Assembly (NCBI GenBank): GCA_030059675.1
Contig: JANVYQ010000007.1
Span: 1 to 64,000 of the forward strand
DNA length: 64,000 bases
DNA from: Candidatus Pelearchaeum maunauluense
Lineage (GTDB): Archaea; Thermoproteota; Nitrososphaeria_A; Caldarchaeales; Caldarchaeaceae
Direction of reading: 5' to 3'
The position numbers and the translations under genes were made by a program. This document shows, piece by piece, positions 46,528-57,581 of the stretch (its first letter is position 1; each line of letters begins with the position of its first letter). A model generated the notes under the pieces. The model ran no database searches, was not told the DNA's origin, and saw only the letters and a program-made list of their open reading frames with translations.

Positions 46528-47886
46528 ATGGGCGAGGAACTGGAGAAATTATCCACACAGCTCAACAGCGTAAGAGACATGCTTTACTCAGATTTGAAAC
46601 AGCTCATAGAACAGCCTAGCGTCTCAGCGCGTAATGAGGGTATCAGGGAATGCGCGGGGCTTGTGAAAAACATGCTTGAACGTGAGGGTTTTGATGTTAA
46701 GATTTACGACGCTGATAGGCCTGTTATAGTTGCCTCACTAACCAGCTCCGAGAAGAGACCAACGATACTCATGTACAACCACTATGATGTCCAGCCTCCT
46801 GAGCCTCTTGAGGAGTGGGGCTCAGACCCATTCAAGCTGGTGGAGCGCGATGGTCTCCTCTTCGGCAGGGGGGTAGCCGATAATAAAGGGGATATAGCGG
46901 CGCGTCTAGCTGCGGTAAGGCTACTGCGCCACGCGTATGGCGAGCTTCCAGTTTCGTTGAAGTGGATTATTGAGGGCGAGGAAGAGATTGGAAGCCCCAA
47001 CCTAGGTGCGTTCATTAGGGAGCATAAAGACGAGCTTAAGGCGGATGCCTGCCTGTGGGAGGCTGGCGACATATCTGATGAGGGCATCCCAAACCTATAC
47101 CTGGGCGTTAAAGGGCTTCTCTACGTCGAGATTAGCACGAGAACAAGCTCAGGCGATAGGCATTCCATGTATGCGCCTATCATACCCAACCCTGCCTGGC
47201 AGCTCGTTCAGGCGCTTAACACGCTACGGGACTCGGATGGCCGTGTGAAGATAAAAGAATTCTACCGCGATGTTAGGAGACCTAGTAAGAAGGAGGCTAA
47301 GCTCATACGCTTAATCAAGCTTGACGCGAATAAGCTCAGACAATCTTTGGGTGTTAGTAGGCTAACTGATAAGAACAGGGTAAAGCTCGTTGAGAAGCTT
47401 GTCATGCGCCCCACATGCAACATAGCTGGCCTAGTATCTGGATACACAGGGCCTGGAGCCAAGACAATTGTCCCCAGCACCGCGAGTGTTAAGATAGACT
47501 TCAGGCTAGTCCCAGACCAGAGGCCAGAAAGGATACTCACACTCCTCAAACGCCATCTTAGGCGTTTCGGAGATTTCGAGGTTAAGGTTTATGCTATGGA
47601 GAGCCCAGCGCGCTCAAATCCAGATGAGGCTATAGTCAGGGTAGCGGAGGAAACAGCGCGAGAGGTCTATGGAGTAAGCCCCAACATATGGCCCTCGGTG
47701 CCAGGAACTGGGCCCATGTCGCACTTAATACAGCTGGGCATACCCTCAGCCATGCTCAACTGTACATCACACCCAGGCTCAAACTTCCATGCACCCAACG
47801 AGAACATAGCCGTTAAAGACCTAGAACGCTCAGTAATACACCTAGCAATGCTGATGAAGCGTTTTGCCGAGAAGACGGGTAGTTAG
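46528..47886 (+). CDS. M20 family metallopeptidase/deacylase
   Basis: YNHYDVQP, GRG.ADNKG, EGEEEIGS, HAPNE. Confidence 0.93.
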   Translation: MGEELEKLSTQLNSVRDMLYSDLKQLIEQPSVSARNEGIRECAGLVKNMLEREGFDVKIYDADRPVIVASLTSSEKRPTILMYNHYDVQPPEPLEEWGSDPFKLVERDGLLFGRGVADNKGDIAARLAAVRLLRHAYGELPVSLKWIIEGEEEIGSPNLGAFIREHKDELKADACLWEAGDISDEGIPNLYLGVKGLLYVEISTRTSSGDRHSMYAPIIPNPAWQLVQALNTLRDSDGRVKIKEFYRDVRRPSKKEAKLIRLIKLDANKLRQSLGVSRLTDKNRVKLVEKLVMRPTCNIAGLVSGYTGPGAKTIVPSTASVKIDFRLVPDQRPERILTLLKRHLRRFGDFEVKVYAMESPARSNPDEAIVRVAEETAREVYGVSPNIWPSVPGTGPMSHLIQLGIPSAMLNCTSHPGSNFHAPNENIAVKDLERSVIHLAMLMKRFAEKTGS

Positions 47887-47935
47887 GTATTGTTAGAGAT
47901 TTATATTTCTGCAGTGATTCCAGACGTAGCAGAAG

Positions 47936-49408
47936 ATGCAGACCGATTATGATGTAATAGTGGTGGGCGGCGGGCCTGCTGGGACTCACACAGCTATGGC
48001 GATAGCAAAGTATTCGCGGCAAAATCTACAGATACTGCTGATAGACAGGAACCCACGCGCGGAGTATGGGAAGAAGACTAGGTCTGGCTGGGCGTGTGGG
48101 GATGCTGTAAGCAAAAAGAGCTTAGACTACGTCTGTGACAATCTGGGAATATCATATGGCAGCCCAGAGCTGGAGCACCATGTTGATGGCGTTGTGGTCT
48201 ATTCTCCCGACCATGAGGTTAGAGTCCTGTTTGATGGGGAGGGCTATCTCCTGAATAGGAAGATATGGCCCCAGAAGCAGTTGGAATATGCTGAGAAGTT
48301 TGGTGTTGAGTTTGCTTTTCAGGTTGATGCTAAGCGCTTATTGGTTGATGATGGGTATATCAGAGGTGTTGAGGGCATAAATCTTAGGGATGGCTCGGTC
48401 TTTAGAAAAACCGCCAAGATGGTCATAGACGCATCGGGCTCGACCTCGGTTCTGAGGATTCACCTACCGATAAAGAGCTGGATTGAACGCAACATAGATA
48501 AGGACAACGACATGGAATCAACAGGTAGATACATCCTTGAGTTTGAGATAGGCGAGGACGACCCAACATGGTTTGACCCACGCTACTGTCTGATACACTT
48601 AGACCAGTACCTAGCTCCAGGCGGTTATTCTTGGACGTTTCCCAAGGGAGAGAATAAGGTGAACATAGGCCTGGGCGTCCAGAAGAAGAGCTTGGATAGA
48701 CGTAATAAGATGTTCGGTAAAGACGATACTTTACGTACTTTGATAGACGAGTATGTCCGAGCTAATCGTGTCATTAGAAATGCACGCCTATCTCAGAGTC
48801 CGCTTGATTCTGGAAATACCTACGCCATTTGGCAGGTTCCAGTTAGGCGGCAGAATGATTGTATGGTGGCTAATGGCTATGCGATAGTTGGCGATGCTGC
48901 GTGGATGCCCAGGCCGATAGACGCGGGGGGAATAGGGCCTTCGCTCTACGCCAGCGTAATCTTGGGTAGAGTGGTAGCTGAGGCTGTTGAGGCAAACGAT
49001 GTATCAGAGGAGATGCTGTGGCGTTATAACAAGGAGTATGTAGATTTATACGGCTATCAGATGGCCAGCTTTGAAGTCCTCCGCCGCTATCTCCAGACCC
49101 TAACCAACGATAAGATAAGCTACGGGATGAAATACTTCCTCTCGCAGGATGATATTGAGCATATAAAGAGGCGAGAGCATCCTAAGTTTTCGCGCGTCAA
49201 TAACTTTCTACGGGTCTTGTTTGATGGGGAACTGAGACGCCGTATAAGGGAGGAGCCGCAGCTTGCGCGGGGTCTTCAGTTTACGGCTAATAAGAGCCGT
49301 AGGCTGATAAGCCTTTATAAAGAATACCCAGAGAGCAGCGCCAAATTCCCCGAATGGCATAAGAAGTTTATGGCCGAGCTTGAGGAGGCTTTCAACCGCT
49401 TCTCCTAA
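47936..49408 (+). CDS. Digeranylgeranylglycerophospholipid reductase (GGR family)
   Basis: VVGGGPAG, CGDA, APGGY.W.FPKG, VGDAA..P..AGGI. Confidence 0.85.
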   Translation: MQTDYDVIVVGGGPAGTHTAMAIAKYSRQNLQILLIDRNPRAEYGKKTRSGWACGDAVSKKSLDYVCDNLGISYGSPELEHHVDGVVVYSPDHEVRVLFDGEGYLLNRKIWPQKQLEYAEKFGVEFAFQVDAKRLLVDDGYIRGVEGINLRDGSVFRKTAKMVIDASGSTSVLRIHLPIKSWIERNIDKDNDMESTGRYILEFEIGEDDPTWFDPRYCLIHLDQYLAPGGYSWTFPKGENKVNIGLGVQKKSLDRRNKMFGKDDTLRTLIDEYVRANRVIRNARLSQSPLDSGNTYAIWQVPVRRQNDCMVANGYAIVGDAAWMPRPIDAGGIGPSLYASVILGRVVAEAVEANDVSEEMLWRYNKEYVDLYGYQMASFEVLRRYLQTLTNDKISYGMKYFLSQDDIEHIKRREHPKFSRVNNFLRVLFDGELRRRIREEPQLARGLQFTANKSRRLISLYKEYPESSAKFPEWHKKFMAELEEAFNRFS

Positions 49409-49443
49409 GCATGTTTGGAATATGGTTATTATCCAGTAAATAG

Positions 49444-50250
49444 GTGGTAGAGGGCAGTGTCGGCAGTATGAAGAGGCTCATCTTAATCTCGCTAGCCGCA
49501 GTCATAGCCATAACCTTCTTCGTAGGAGGATTCATATCAGCATACTTGATGCAGCAACAGGTGATAAAAACGCTGGAGGAGCAGATACGGGATAGGGATG
49601 GGGAGATAGCTAGCCTCAACGAACAGTTGGTTGAGGAGAAGAATAAGGTTAGTAGCTTATCTTCAGAGCTGGAGGGTCTAAAGGCTCTTCTCAGCAAGAT
49701 TGAGCAGGCGGAGAAGGAAGCTAGGCAGGTATTGGAGAAGAGGGAAGCAGAGCTGGCTCAGCTTAGAGCACAGCTAAGCGAGTCAGATTCTCGCATAAAA
49801 GAGCTGGAGGCGAAGATAGCCAGGATAAACAGCGCGCTAGAGAAGCTATCCAACGACCGCGTCCTACTGAGCTGGCTGAGAAATGATGTCCCAAATGACC
49901 GCGAGGGAGCCTTGAGACACTGGAACGAAACCCGCGACATAGCTGCAAGAAGCAACCCCTCACTAGCCATAGCGGTAGATAAGATAATCGCGTCCCTAGG
50001 CGTGTTCTTTGACTGGATAGAGTCATTCCCACAAGACGTAACGTATGAGCAGGGTCCATTGGGAGACCTTTGTAGCTGGACCCTCTCAAGACCAGACGCC
50101 CCATACAACCTGCGCGTTTTCTGTGAGTGGCTCTTTTCGCAGCCGCCAGGAGTGGATGAATACAACCAGAAGGCGAATCAATTCATTGAGGAGGTCTATC
50201 TGGTGGTTATCAGCCACATAGATGAGCTGTCTAAAGCCATCAAGGACTAG
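49444..50250 (+). CDS. Membrane-anchored coiled-coil hypothetical protein
   Basis: N-terminal TM, about 100 aa of heptads, helical C-terminal domain. Confidence 0.75.
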   Translation: MVEGSVGSMKRLILISLAAVIAITFFVGGFISAYLMQQQVIKTLEEQIRDRDGEIASLNEQLVEEKNKVSSLSSELEGLKALLSKIEQAEKEARQVLEKREAELAQLRAQLSESDSRIKELEAKIARINSALEKLSNDRVLLSWLRNDVPNDREGALRHWNETRDIAARSNPSLAIAVDKIIASLGVFFDWIESFPQDVTYEQGPLGDLCSWTLSRPDAPYNLRVFCEWLFSQPPGVDEYNQKANQFIEEVYLVVISHIDELSKAIKD

Positions 50251-52802
50251 GCCTTACGTCTCAGCAGCATAGCGGCAACAGCCACAGCGGCTACCGCTAT
50301 TACTACAACCGCGATTATCCACGTCAGCTGCGCTCCCCCCTCTCCTTCAACCATAGTCGTAGTAGCGGTTGGGGTTGTCTGGGTTAATGTTGGTGATGTT
50401 GCTTCCGTTGTTGTGGTTGTAGTCTCCTCCATAATCGGTATTACGGCTTCTACGGTCTCCTCTATCTCCTGAACCAGCGAAATATCCTCGCTGAAGAGGA
50501 GTAGGCTAAGCTGGTAGAAGCCTGGTCTGAGGTTTTGGGCGGCAAGCCTAAGCTCTTGTCTTCCAGCCTTAAGCTCCACAGTGCCTTCCGCCACCACTTC
50601 ACCGCTAGCCGGGTCTGTCAACACGTATTTGGCATGTAAGGTGCCTGGTCCCCGTGCCTCAATAGCTATGGTTGGCGTGTCGCCGAGCTTTATCTGGTCT
50701 TCAAGTAGGCTTACTTCAACTCTTTCTGGACTCCCGAAGTACCAGCTCCCTGGCTTGAATGGGTAGGATGGGTCTCTGTACGCGCGTAGCTCGGCATACT
50801 GGGCTGCTGGGTCAAACACGCTCAGCATGAAGGGGCCATTACTTATTACCATATGCCTATGCTCATTAGACCACTCTATCGCAGCGTTATATCTATCCAG
50901 AGCATCATCCAGCGTCTCGTACTTCTTGCCCATTACCGTGAATACGTTTTCTGGGAAGGTCTTTTCTCTCAGGAATTCTGTGAGAGAACGCTTGATCAGC
51001 GTTGCGTGCTCGCGTAGAACTAGGCTTAGCTGCTCCACACCAAACCTTGCAGCGGAAGTGTCGCTATACATAAGGAGCTTCTTATTGAAGACCACGTCAT
51101 CCATCGCTGCCAACACCTCCCAAGGCATGGCCCCGCCGAAGAACTCAGCATACTCAGCAATGTAGCTCTTCTCAAAATGCCAGAAATCAACATAAACCTC
51201 CAGCGTAGAATCGTCAACCACTCTAAATCCCTTAAACGTTTCAAGTATAGGCTTCGTAGTAGCAGCTAGGGCGAACTCTATCTTAGACTTAAGCGGGTCA
51301 TTAACAATATCAAATATCTGGTATATCCTATACAGCATGTCTGCCATGCTTATCTTGATTCCGTGATGCCACTTTGAATCCACATACTTACTATAGTCGA
51401 AGGTTACTTTGCTCACCGCCTTTGTCCCAGCTTCTACTGGTTTCCATGTTTTCGACTCCGCGTCCCACATCACGGCGTCGCTTGGTACGTCTAACTTCCC
51501 GTCTGGGCCTGCTGTCTCGACCCTAAAGTCGGCTCTGAAGGGGATTGGTATCCCTGTGAATGGGTGACGAGTTACAGGCGGGTCGTATATGTTCCGCCAA
51601 ATATCAACGCTATACACGTCATTGAATCCTCCAATGGGGTTCCAGACGGTACGGGGTGTCCAAACCCAGAGATGGCCTACCTTAAGCTCGTTCTTCCCGG
51701 GGAGGTATGCTGCGCGGAGTAACCATAGCGAGCGCGCTCCAGCTCCCAAGTCCTCTGTTACTCCCTGCATGTCCTTATCTACCGGCGTACTCGTCAGGAC
51801 TGTTGCAACCCATATTCTTACGGACTCCTCAATACAGAGCTTTGTCATTTCTCTGTAAAGTCTATCACGTTCTTCTTTGCTGCTGAACTCTCCTTTGAAG
51901 AGTCTCTGGCCCATATCGTCAAGCGCTGGGTTCTCGTACTGCCAGTATCCGGCTTCTCGCCATCCGGGCATGTTGCCCAGCCAGGGTGCGCACATCTGGT
52001 TTATCGTCCCAAAGTCATATTTCTCAAGTGCTCCCTTCCCCCAGCCCTCAGTGTATAGGTGCCACTGGAACTCGGCTGGGTCTGTTGTATATACCCTCAG
52101 TATCGCCTCGGCGAATCTGTGGTAGATGCGCTCAACCTCAAATCCTATCTTCTCAAGCTCAGCCGCGAGGCTATCGCCTATCTCGCGGCGCTCATCCTCG
52201 GTTCTTATCACAAACTTAACCCTAATAGGATTGTCGTTATAGTACCACTTGCCATCCCGCATAACCGCGCCAACAGCGGTTAAGGCGTCGCTTATCATCC
52301 TCTTGGCAAGCTCAGGGTCATATCTTATATCCAAATCCTTCGCCACGTTAAAGACGGTTACGTAATCGTACTCGAATGGGCTTATATGCGCAACCATCGG
52401 AACTGCCTTGCCCTTGTATATCTCTCTAGCCACGTACTCGCGGTTGATTAGGTATTGGACTGCCTGCCTTACTTCTGGTATTGAAAATGGGTTAAACTCC
52501 TTCTTCGTTGATGGGGCTGGGTTCAGGAGTATTGAGAGCGAGAGCGAGGGTGCTCGGATTATTCTAAGGTTGGGGTTTTGCTCCAGCGGGATTATGCGGG
52601 AGACCCGCATACTGTAGAGATAAATATCCACGTCTCCGCGCTCTATTGCCGCTGGGGCTATCTCCTCTGCGAAGGCGTTAAACTTAACAACATCAACAGC
52701 AGGGCCAGGATTGTCGTGGGGAGGCTTGTACTCCTGCGCATAGACTGGATACAGCAGGAGTAGCAGGAGTATAGCCGCGGTTACCTGTAGAATCCTCTTC
52801 AT
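50247..52802 (-). CDS. ABC transporter substrate-binding protein (family 5), Thr-rich linker plus C-terminal TM
   Basis: NPFSIPEVRQA...INREY, KWHHG....AD, SNGPF, Thr-rich stalk. Confidence 0.9.
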   Translation of the reverse strand: MKRILQVTAAILLLLLLYPVYAQEYKPPHDNPGPAVDVVKFNAFAEEIAPAAIERGDVDIYLYSMRVSRIIPLEQNPNLRIIRAPSLSLSILLNPAPSTKKEFNPFSIPEVRQAVQYLINREYVAREIYKGKAVPMVAHISPFEYDYVTVFNVAKDLDIRYDPELAKRMISDALTAVGAVMRDGKWYYNDNPIRVKFVIRTEDERREIGDSLAAELEKIGFEVERIYHRFAEAILRVYTTDPAEFQWHLYTEGWGKGALEKYDFGTINQMCAPWLGNMPGWREAGYWQYENPALDDMGQRLFKGEFSSKEERDRLYREMTKLCIEESVRIWVATVLTSTPVDKDMQGVTEDLGAGARSLWLLRAAYLPGKNELKVGHLWVWTPRTVWNPIGGFNDVYSVDIWRNIYDPPVTRHPFTGIPIPFRADFRVETAGPDGKLDVPSDAVMWDAESKTWKPVEAGTKAVSKVTFDYSKYVDSKWHHGIKISMADMLYRIYQIFDIVNDPLKSKIEFALAATTKPILETFKGFRVVDDSTLEVYVDFWHFEKSYIAEYAEFFGGAMPWEVLAAMDDVVFNKKLLMYSDTSAARFGVEQLSLVLREHATLIKRSLTEFLREKTFPENVFTVMGKKYETLDDALDRYNAAIEWSNEHRHMVISNGPFMLSVFDPAAQYAELRAYRDPSYPFKPGSWYFGSPERVEVSLLEDQIKLGDTPTIAIEARGPGTLHAKYVLTDPASGEVVAEGTVELKAGRQELRLAAQNLRPGFYQLSLLLFSEDISLVQEIEETVEAVIPIMEETTTTTTEATSPTLTQTTPTATTTMVEGEGGAQLTWIIAVVVIAVAAVAVAAMLLRRKA

Positions 52803-55036
52803 GGCCTACTCCTACCCCGCGTCGTGGCGATGAAAAGCGCGGCCAAAGCTATAACCATAGCAGCGATGGATATTATGAATGCTGGCGTTATGCCAGAATC
52901 GCGCGGCTGCGGCTCCTGACGAGAAGCCAACAACGGCTCTATACGCTTCACAACCTCATCAACAATCTTCGATACAGTAATGTTGGCTGCTGGTGGATTA
53001 CTGGTTTCTAGGGATGCGAGTTTTTCAGCTATTTCCTTGATTACGGAATCTATTCTGTCTTCTATTGTGTTGAAGCCGAAGCTGGAGTAGTAGTTTGCAG
53101 TAGCCACGTTTCCAAGCACGTCTATTGCGCGTATAGTATGCGCTCCCTCCCCAGAGACGGGCATGAGTATCTGCGCCACGAAGCGGCCGCTGTCGTCTGT
53201 TGGTACGGAGGAGATGACCACGCCATTAACCTCGATAAATACCTCCCTCTGCCTTGGAGCGAAGTTGAAGCCCATTATCGTTATCGTCTGACCCGCAGGC
53301 CCCTCAGGTGGGCTTAATGTTATTGAAGGCTTCGGTATCGCTCTTAAGCGGGCAAACGCAATATCCTGATTTCTCCCACCAACCTCCCCCGACCTACTGT
53401 CTGTCCAAACAATATACACATCCTCATTCGTGGCTGCTATTCCAAAGTAGTCGCCTATGAATGTGGGAATCCCACGACCAGGGTTTGATGGATAATCAGA
53501 GACGCGCGAATTCTCCATAAACGTCTCCCCACCATCGCCAGACTTGGTATAGTATATGTGGTAACGATAGTTGTTGGGGTCGTCGCGCATGTCGCCCCAT
53601 ATTATATGTATAGTTCCATTAGGCGAGACGGCTAAAGTTGGGAAGAACTGGTTACGCAGCGTTAAATCATCATTCACACGCTTAGGCTCCCTCCAAGTCT
53701 TTCCACCATCAGTCGACTTGGAGAAATATACGTCAGACCTATCTCCACCAGCCTCGCCCAAAGCTCCAAAGACTATGTAGACCTCCTTGCTGTTGTTGGG
53801 TGATACTGCGATGAAAGGAAACATGGAAGACCATGAACGGAAGTATGTTGGTTTTAGAAAGAAGTCCTGCTCCCACGTCCCTCCTGGAACCACCGCATAA
53901 GGTCCCTCGAAGCTCCTACCAGCGTCGTAGGAAACTGTCACATAGGGTGAGAAGAGACCCTTGAATGGGCCGTCAGACATTGAGTCATAATACGCTATGT
54001 ATAACGTCCCGTCCTTGGCTACCGCAATATTAGAACCCTGTACTACCGGCCTGTCAGGCTCGCCTGCAGGATATCTATAAACTGGGCTAACTGCGACTGG
54101 TCTAGTCCAGGTCTTCCCGCCATCGTAGGAGACGACCAGCTTTATCGAGACCTCAATTACTGGCGCCGCTACGAATGGGTATTGGTCTAGGAATGGGTAT
54201 ATGAGTCTGAACTCTGTATAGGTTACGTATATGTTATCTCTCTTTGGGTTGAATGGGTCTGGGCCTACGTTCATCCATGTTTTGTCTATGAACGTTATGC
54301 TAGCCGAGTTCTGGCCTTGCTCCACTATTCCCGTTGATGCTATGTATGGTCCTTCCCACGTTATCCCGCCGTCGCGGGAGATTGAGACTACCGCGCTGCT
54401 TACCTCTGCTATTAACAGAAGCTGACCAACCCTCAGTGGGCGTGTCCCTATTGATAGGTAGGCATAATACACATTACCCTCGCGGTCAAACGCAAGGACT
54501 GGGTCTGAGCAGAAGCTATCTTCAACAGCTAAGTCTGCGTGGAACGGGCCGCGCCACGTCTCCCCACCGTCAAACGATACGTAGGAAACTACACAGGGTG
54601 TGTCGTAGTCGTGGGAGCCCACTACTACGTGGTCTGGGTCTAATGGATTAACTGCCATTGTCGGCTCGTTTTGGTATGGTATTGCGCCCAAGTCGTATGT
54701 GAGTATGACATTTCTGCTGAACTTTGCCGTTGGTGAGCGGTAGGGTATTGATACGAGGGGCTGGGAGGGTCTAGCACCTCCCGCAGGCTCCGCTGCCTGC
54801 TCTCCCGCTCTAATCCAGCTATCGTCGCCCCTGAAGAACTGTAGCCTATTTAAAGCGCCGCCAGATAATAGCTCCTCAATAGGCTTGAGGAGAGGCTGGG
54901 AGAGGGGTGTTTGGAGCTGCTCATCCTCAGCCCAGGCAGGCTGAAAGGGAAGGAAACCAACCATAACCACCAACACAGCTATAACGGACGCTAGGACTCT
55001 CACCCGAATGTCATGCGTTTTGTACATAGCCTCCAA
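52799..55036 (-). CDS. Asp-box (BNR) beta-propeller surface protein, sialidase-like fold, with Ig-like domain and C-terminal TM
   Basis: Six S.DGG.TW/F-type boxes, GDY motif, signal peptide. Confidence 0.85.
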   Translation of the reverse strand: MEAMYKTHDIRVRVLASVIAVLVVMVGFLPFQPAWAEDEQLQTPLSQPLLKPIEELLSGGALNRLQFFRGDDSWIRAGEQAAEPAGGARPSQPLVSIPYRSPTAKFSRNVILTYDLGAIPYQNEPTMAVNPLDPDHVVVGSHDYDTPCVVSYVSFDGGETWRGPFHADLAVEDSFCSDPVLAFDREGNVYYAYLSIGTRPLRVGQLLLIAEVSSAVVSISRDGGITWEGPYIASTGIVEQGQNSASITFIDKTWMNVGPDPFNPKRDNIYVTYTEFRLIYPFLDQYPFVAAPVIEVSIKLVVSYDGGKTWTRPVAVSPVYRYPAGEPDRPVVQGSNIAVAKDGTLYIAYYDSMSDGPFKGLFSPYVTVSYDAGRSFEGPYAVVPGGTWEQDFFLKPTYFRSWSSMFPFIAVSPNNSKEVYIVFGALGEAGGDRSDVYFSKSTDGGKTWREPKRVNDDLTLRNQFFPTLAVSPNGTIHIIWGDMRDDPNNYRYHIYYTKSGDGGETFMENSRVSDYPSNPGRGIPTFIGDYFGIAATNEDVYIVWTDSRSGEVGGRNQDIAFARLRAIPKPSITLSPPEGPAGQTITIMGFNFAPRQREVFIEVNGVVISSVPTDDSGRFVAQILMPVSGEGAHTIRAIDVLGNVATANYYSSFGFNTIEDRIDSVIKEIAEKLASLETSNPPAANITVSKIVDEVVKRIEPLLASRQEPQPRDSGITPAFIISIAAMVIALAALFIATTRGRSRP

Positions 55037-55164
55037 CCAGTACTGTCTAGGGAATAAGATAAGGTTTTACCCAAGCCGAGCAATCTTTGATTTCTAGGGA
55101 ACACCTATTTGAGATTGTAAAAACGTTTAAAGGCTATGGTATGTAGGGGATTGTGTGAAAAGGC

Positions 55165-55875
55165 TTGCCTAGCTATAGTAAGGTTTGGCTCCCCATAATG
55201 CTCGCGCTCCTCATAACAGCGCTTACTGGCGCTTACGCGTTAGAAGAGCCTGGGACAAGCTTCAGCACTGCTCTCGAAGTAAAGCCAGGCGAGTATTCAT
55301 TCAATCTAGAACAAGAGACCGTTCATTACTTTAAGATATACGTGGAGCAGGGAGACACCCTAATCATAACACTAAGAATGCCGCGGGGACAGGATTTTGA
55401 TATAGTAGTGTTTGACCCCCTGCTGGACTTGGTTGATAGAGGAATTAAACCAACAGGACTATCTGAGCGCTTAGGAATTCTAGCACCTGTAAGCGGGTAT
55501 TATTATTTCGCTGTCTTCGGATTCGCTGGCTCCTCAGGGACTTACACACTATCAATCAGCATTCTAAAGCCTCAGGTAAAAACAGTAACGGTAACTGACA
55601 CCTATACTCAACGCGAGTTCAAAACAGTTACGCAGGTGGAAGTTGTATCTGTTACTCAGACAGTCAGGGAGATGGTTACGGTAACTTCAACAACTACAAG
55701 GACTGTTGAGACGATTCCCTGGAGCGTTCTAGGGTTTGCGGTGCTAGCTTTCGCGATAATATACGCCAGCGCCACGTTTTCCGATACCCTATCTAGGCGT
55801 GAGCGCGCCGCTAGCTCTTCTGAACCCTTACAACCCAGCGGTCAGAGTCAGGACAGCGAAAGACAGCAAACCTGA
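55165..55875 (+). CDS. PPC-like domain surface protein with Thr/Val-rich linker and TM
   Basis: YFKI...GD.L.I.L...DFD..VFDP, GYYY..V, G.YTL. Confidence 0.72.
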   Translation: MPSYSKVWLPIMLALLITALTGAYALEEPGTSFSTALEVKPGEYSFNLEQETVHYFKIYVEQGDTLIITLRMPRGQDFDIVVFDPLLDLVDRGIKPTGLSERLGILAPVSGYYYFAVFGFAGSSGTYTLSISILKPQVKTVTVTDTYTQREFKTVTQVEVVSVTQTVREMVTVTSTTTRTVETIPWSVLGFAVLAFAIIYASATFSDTLSRRERAASSSEPLQPSGQSQDSERQQT

Positions 55876-56113
55876 AACCGCGGTTCCTCATTAACACGGG
55901 AATGGACTCGCGCGCCACATTCTCCATATCTGTTGTAATATCTACGACAGCACCTTGCGGTGCGTTTTCAATCTTTTTAACGGCCTCAAACCCTGGGTAA
56001 GGGCATACAAGCCCGCTTACATCAAGCTCATCCGTTGGCCCCACATCCACCAAACCTTCATCACCCTCGATGAAGATTATCTTCTGTTTTTGTGTCTGCA
56101 TGTTATATCCCAA
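55811..56113 (-). CDS. tusA: TusA/SirA-family sulfur carrier
   Basis: LDVSGLVCPYP motif. Confidence 0.82.
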   Translation of the reverse strand: MGYNMQTQKQKIIFIEGDEGLVDVGPTDELDVSGLVCPYPGFEAVKKIENAPQGAVVDITTDMENVARESIPVLMRNRGFRFAVFRCPDSDRWVVRVQKS

Positions 56114-56122
56114 CCTCCCTTC

Positions 56123-56512
56123 TCATACGAATAATACTATTCCGCCCTGGCGTGCTGCTGGAAGAGCATTGTTTAGGAAGCCGAAGACATCCTCCAACTC
56201 CACTCCTTGCAAGACTGTCTCGGCGGTGATTCCCATCTGTTGTAGCATCTCTTTTGAGGGAGCGCAGGCTACGAATTTGACGCCAGCGTTCTTCGCATCT
56301 TCAACAAGCTTTGAAAGAGGAGGAGCACCTTCAAGCTGAATCTTCTCAACCTCGCCTTTCCTAACGATTGAAAGCCCATCCATCGTGCAGTAAACGAAGG
56401 CCTTAGCGCCCATTACCGCGCTTCCCAACGCCAGGGTTACCGCTGGATATACGCGCGTAGGCTCTCTGGTTGTTAGGATTATGTGGATTTGCTGCTGTTG
56501 GTTCTACGCCAT
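56123..56512 (-). pseudogene. DsrE/DsrF-like protein with in-frame TAG at codon 3
   Basis: ATG GCG TAG AAC CAA.. continues in frame to IHIILTT..ALGSAVMG..YCTMDG..GVKFVAC. Confidence 0.72.
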
Positions 56513-56585
56513 ACTTGATATTCTGCTTTTGCCAATATATTAGTATAATACGATGGTTATAATATTGGTATAATATTTGGTCTGA

Positions 56586-57581
<996 letters not shown>

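Noticed and set aside
50350-50430. Low-complexity GTT/GTA repeats (also 55590-55710)
   Set aside because: They encode Thr-rich linkers of surface proteins, not DNA repeat elements.
56504-56506. Genome-wide TAG reassignment (pyrrolysine/Gln)
   Set aside because: Many full-length genes here end at TAG at their expected C-termini (nfo, HAD, acyl-CoA dehydrogenase, fumC), and no pyl genes are in the window.
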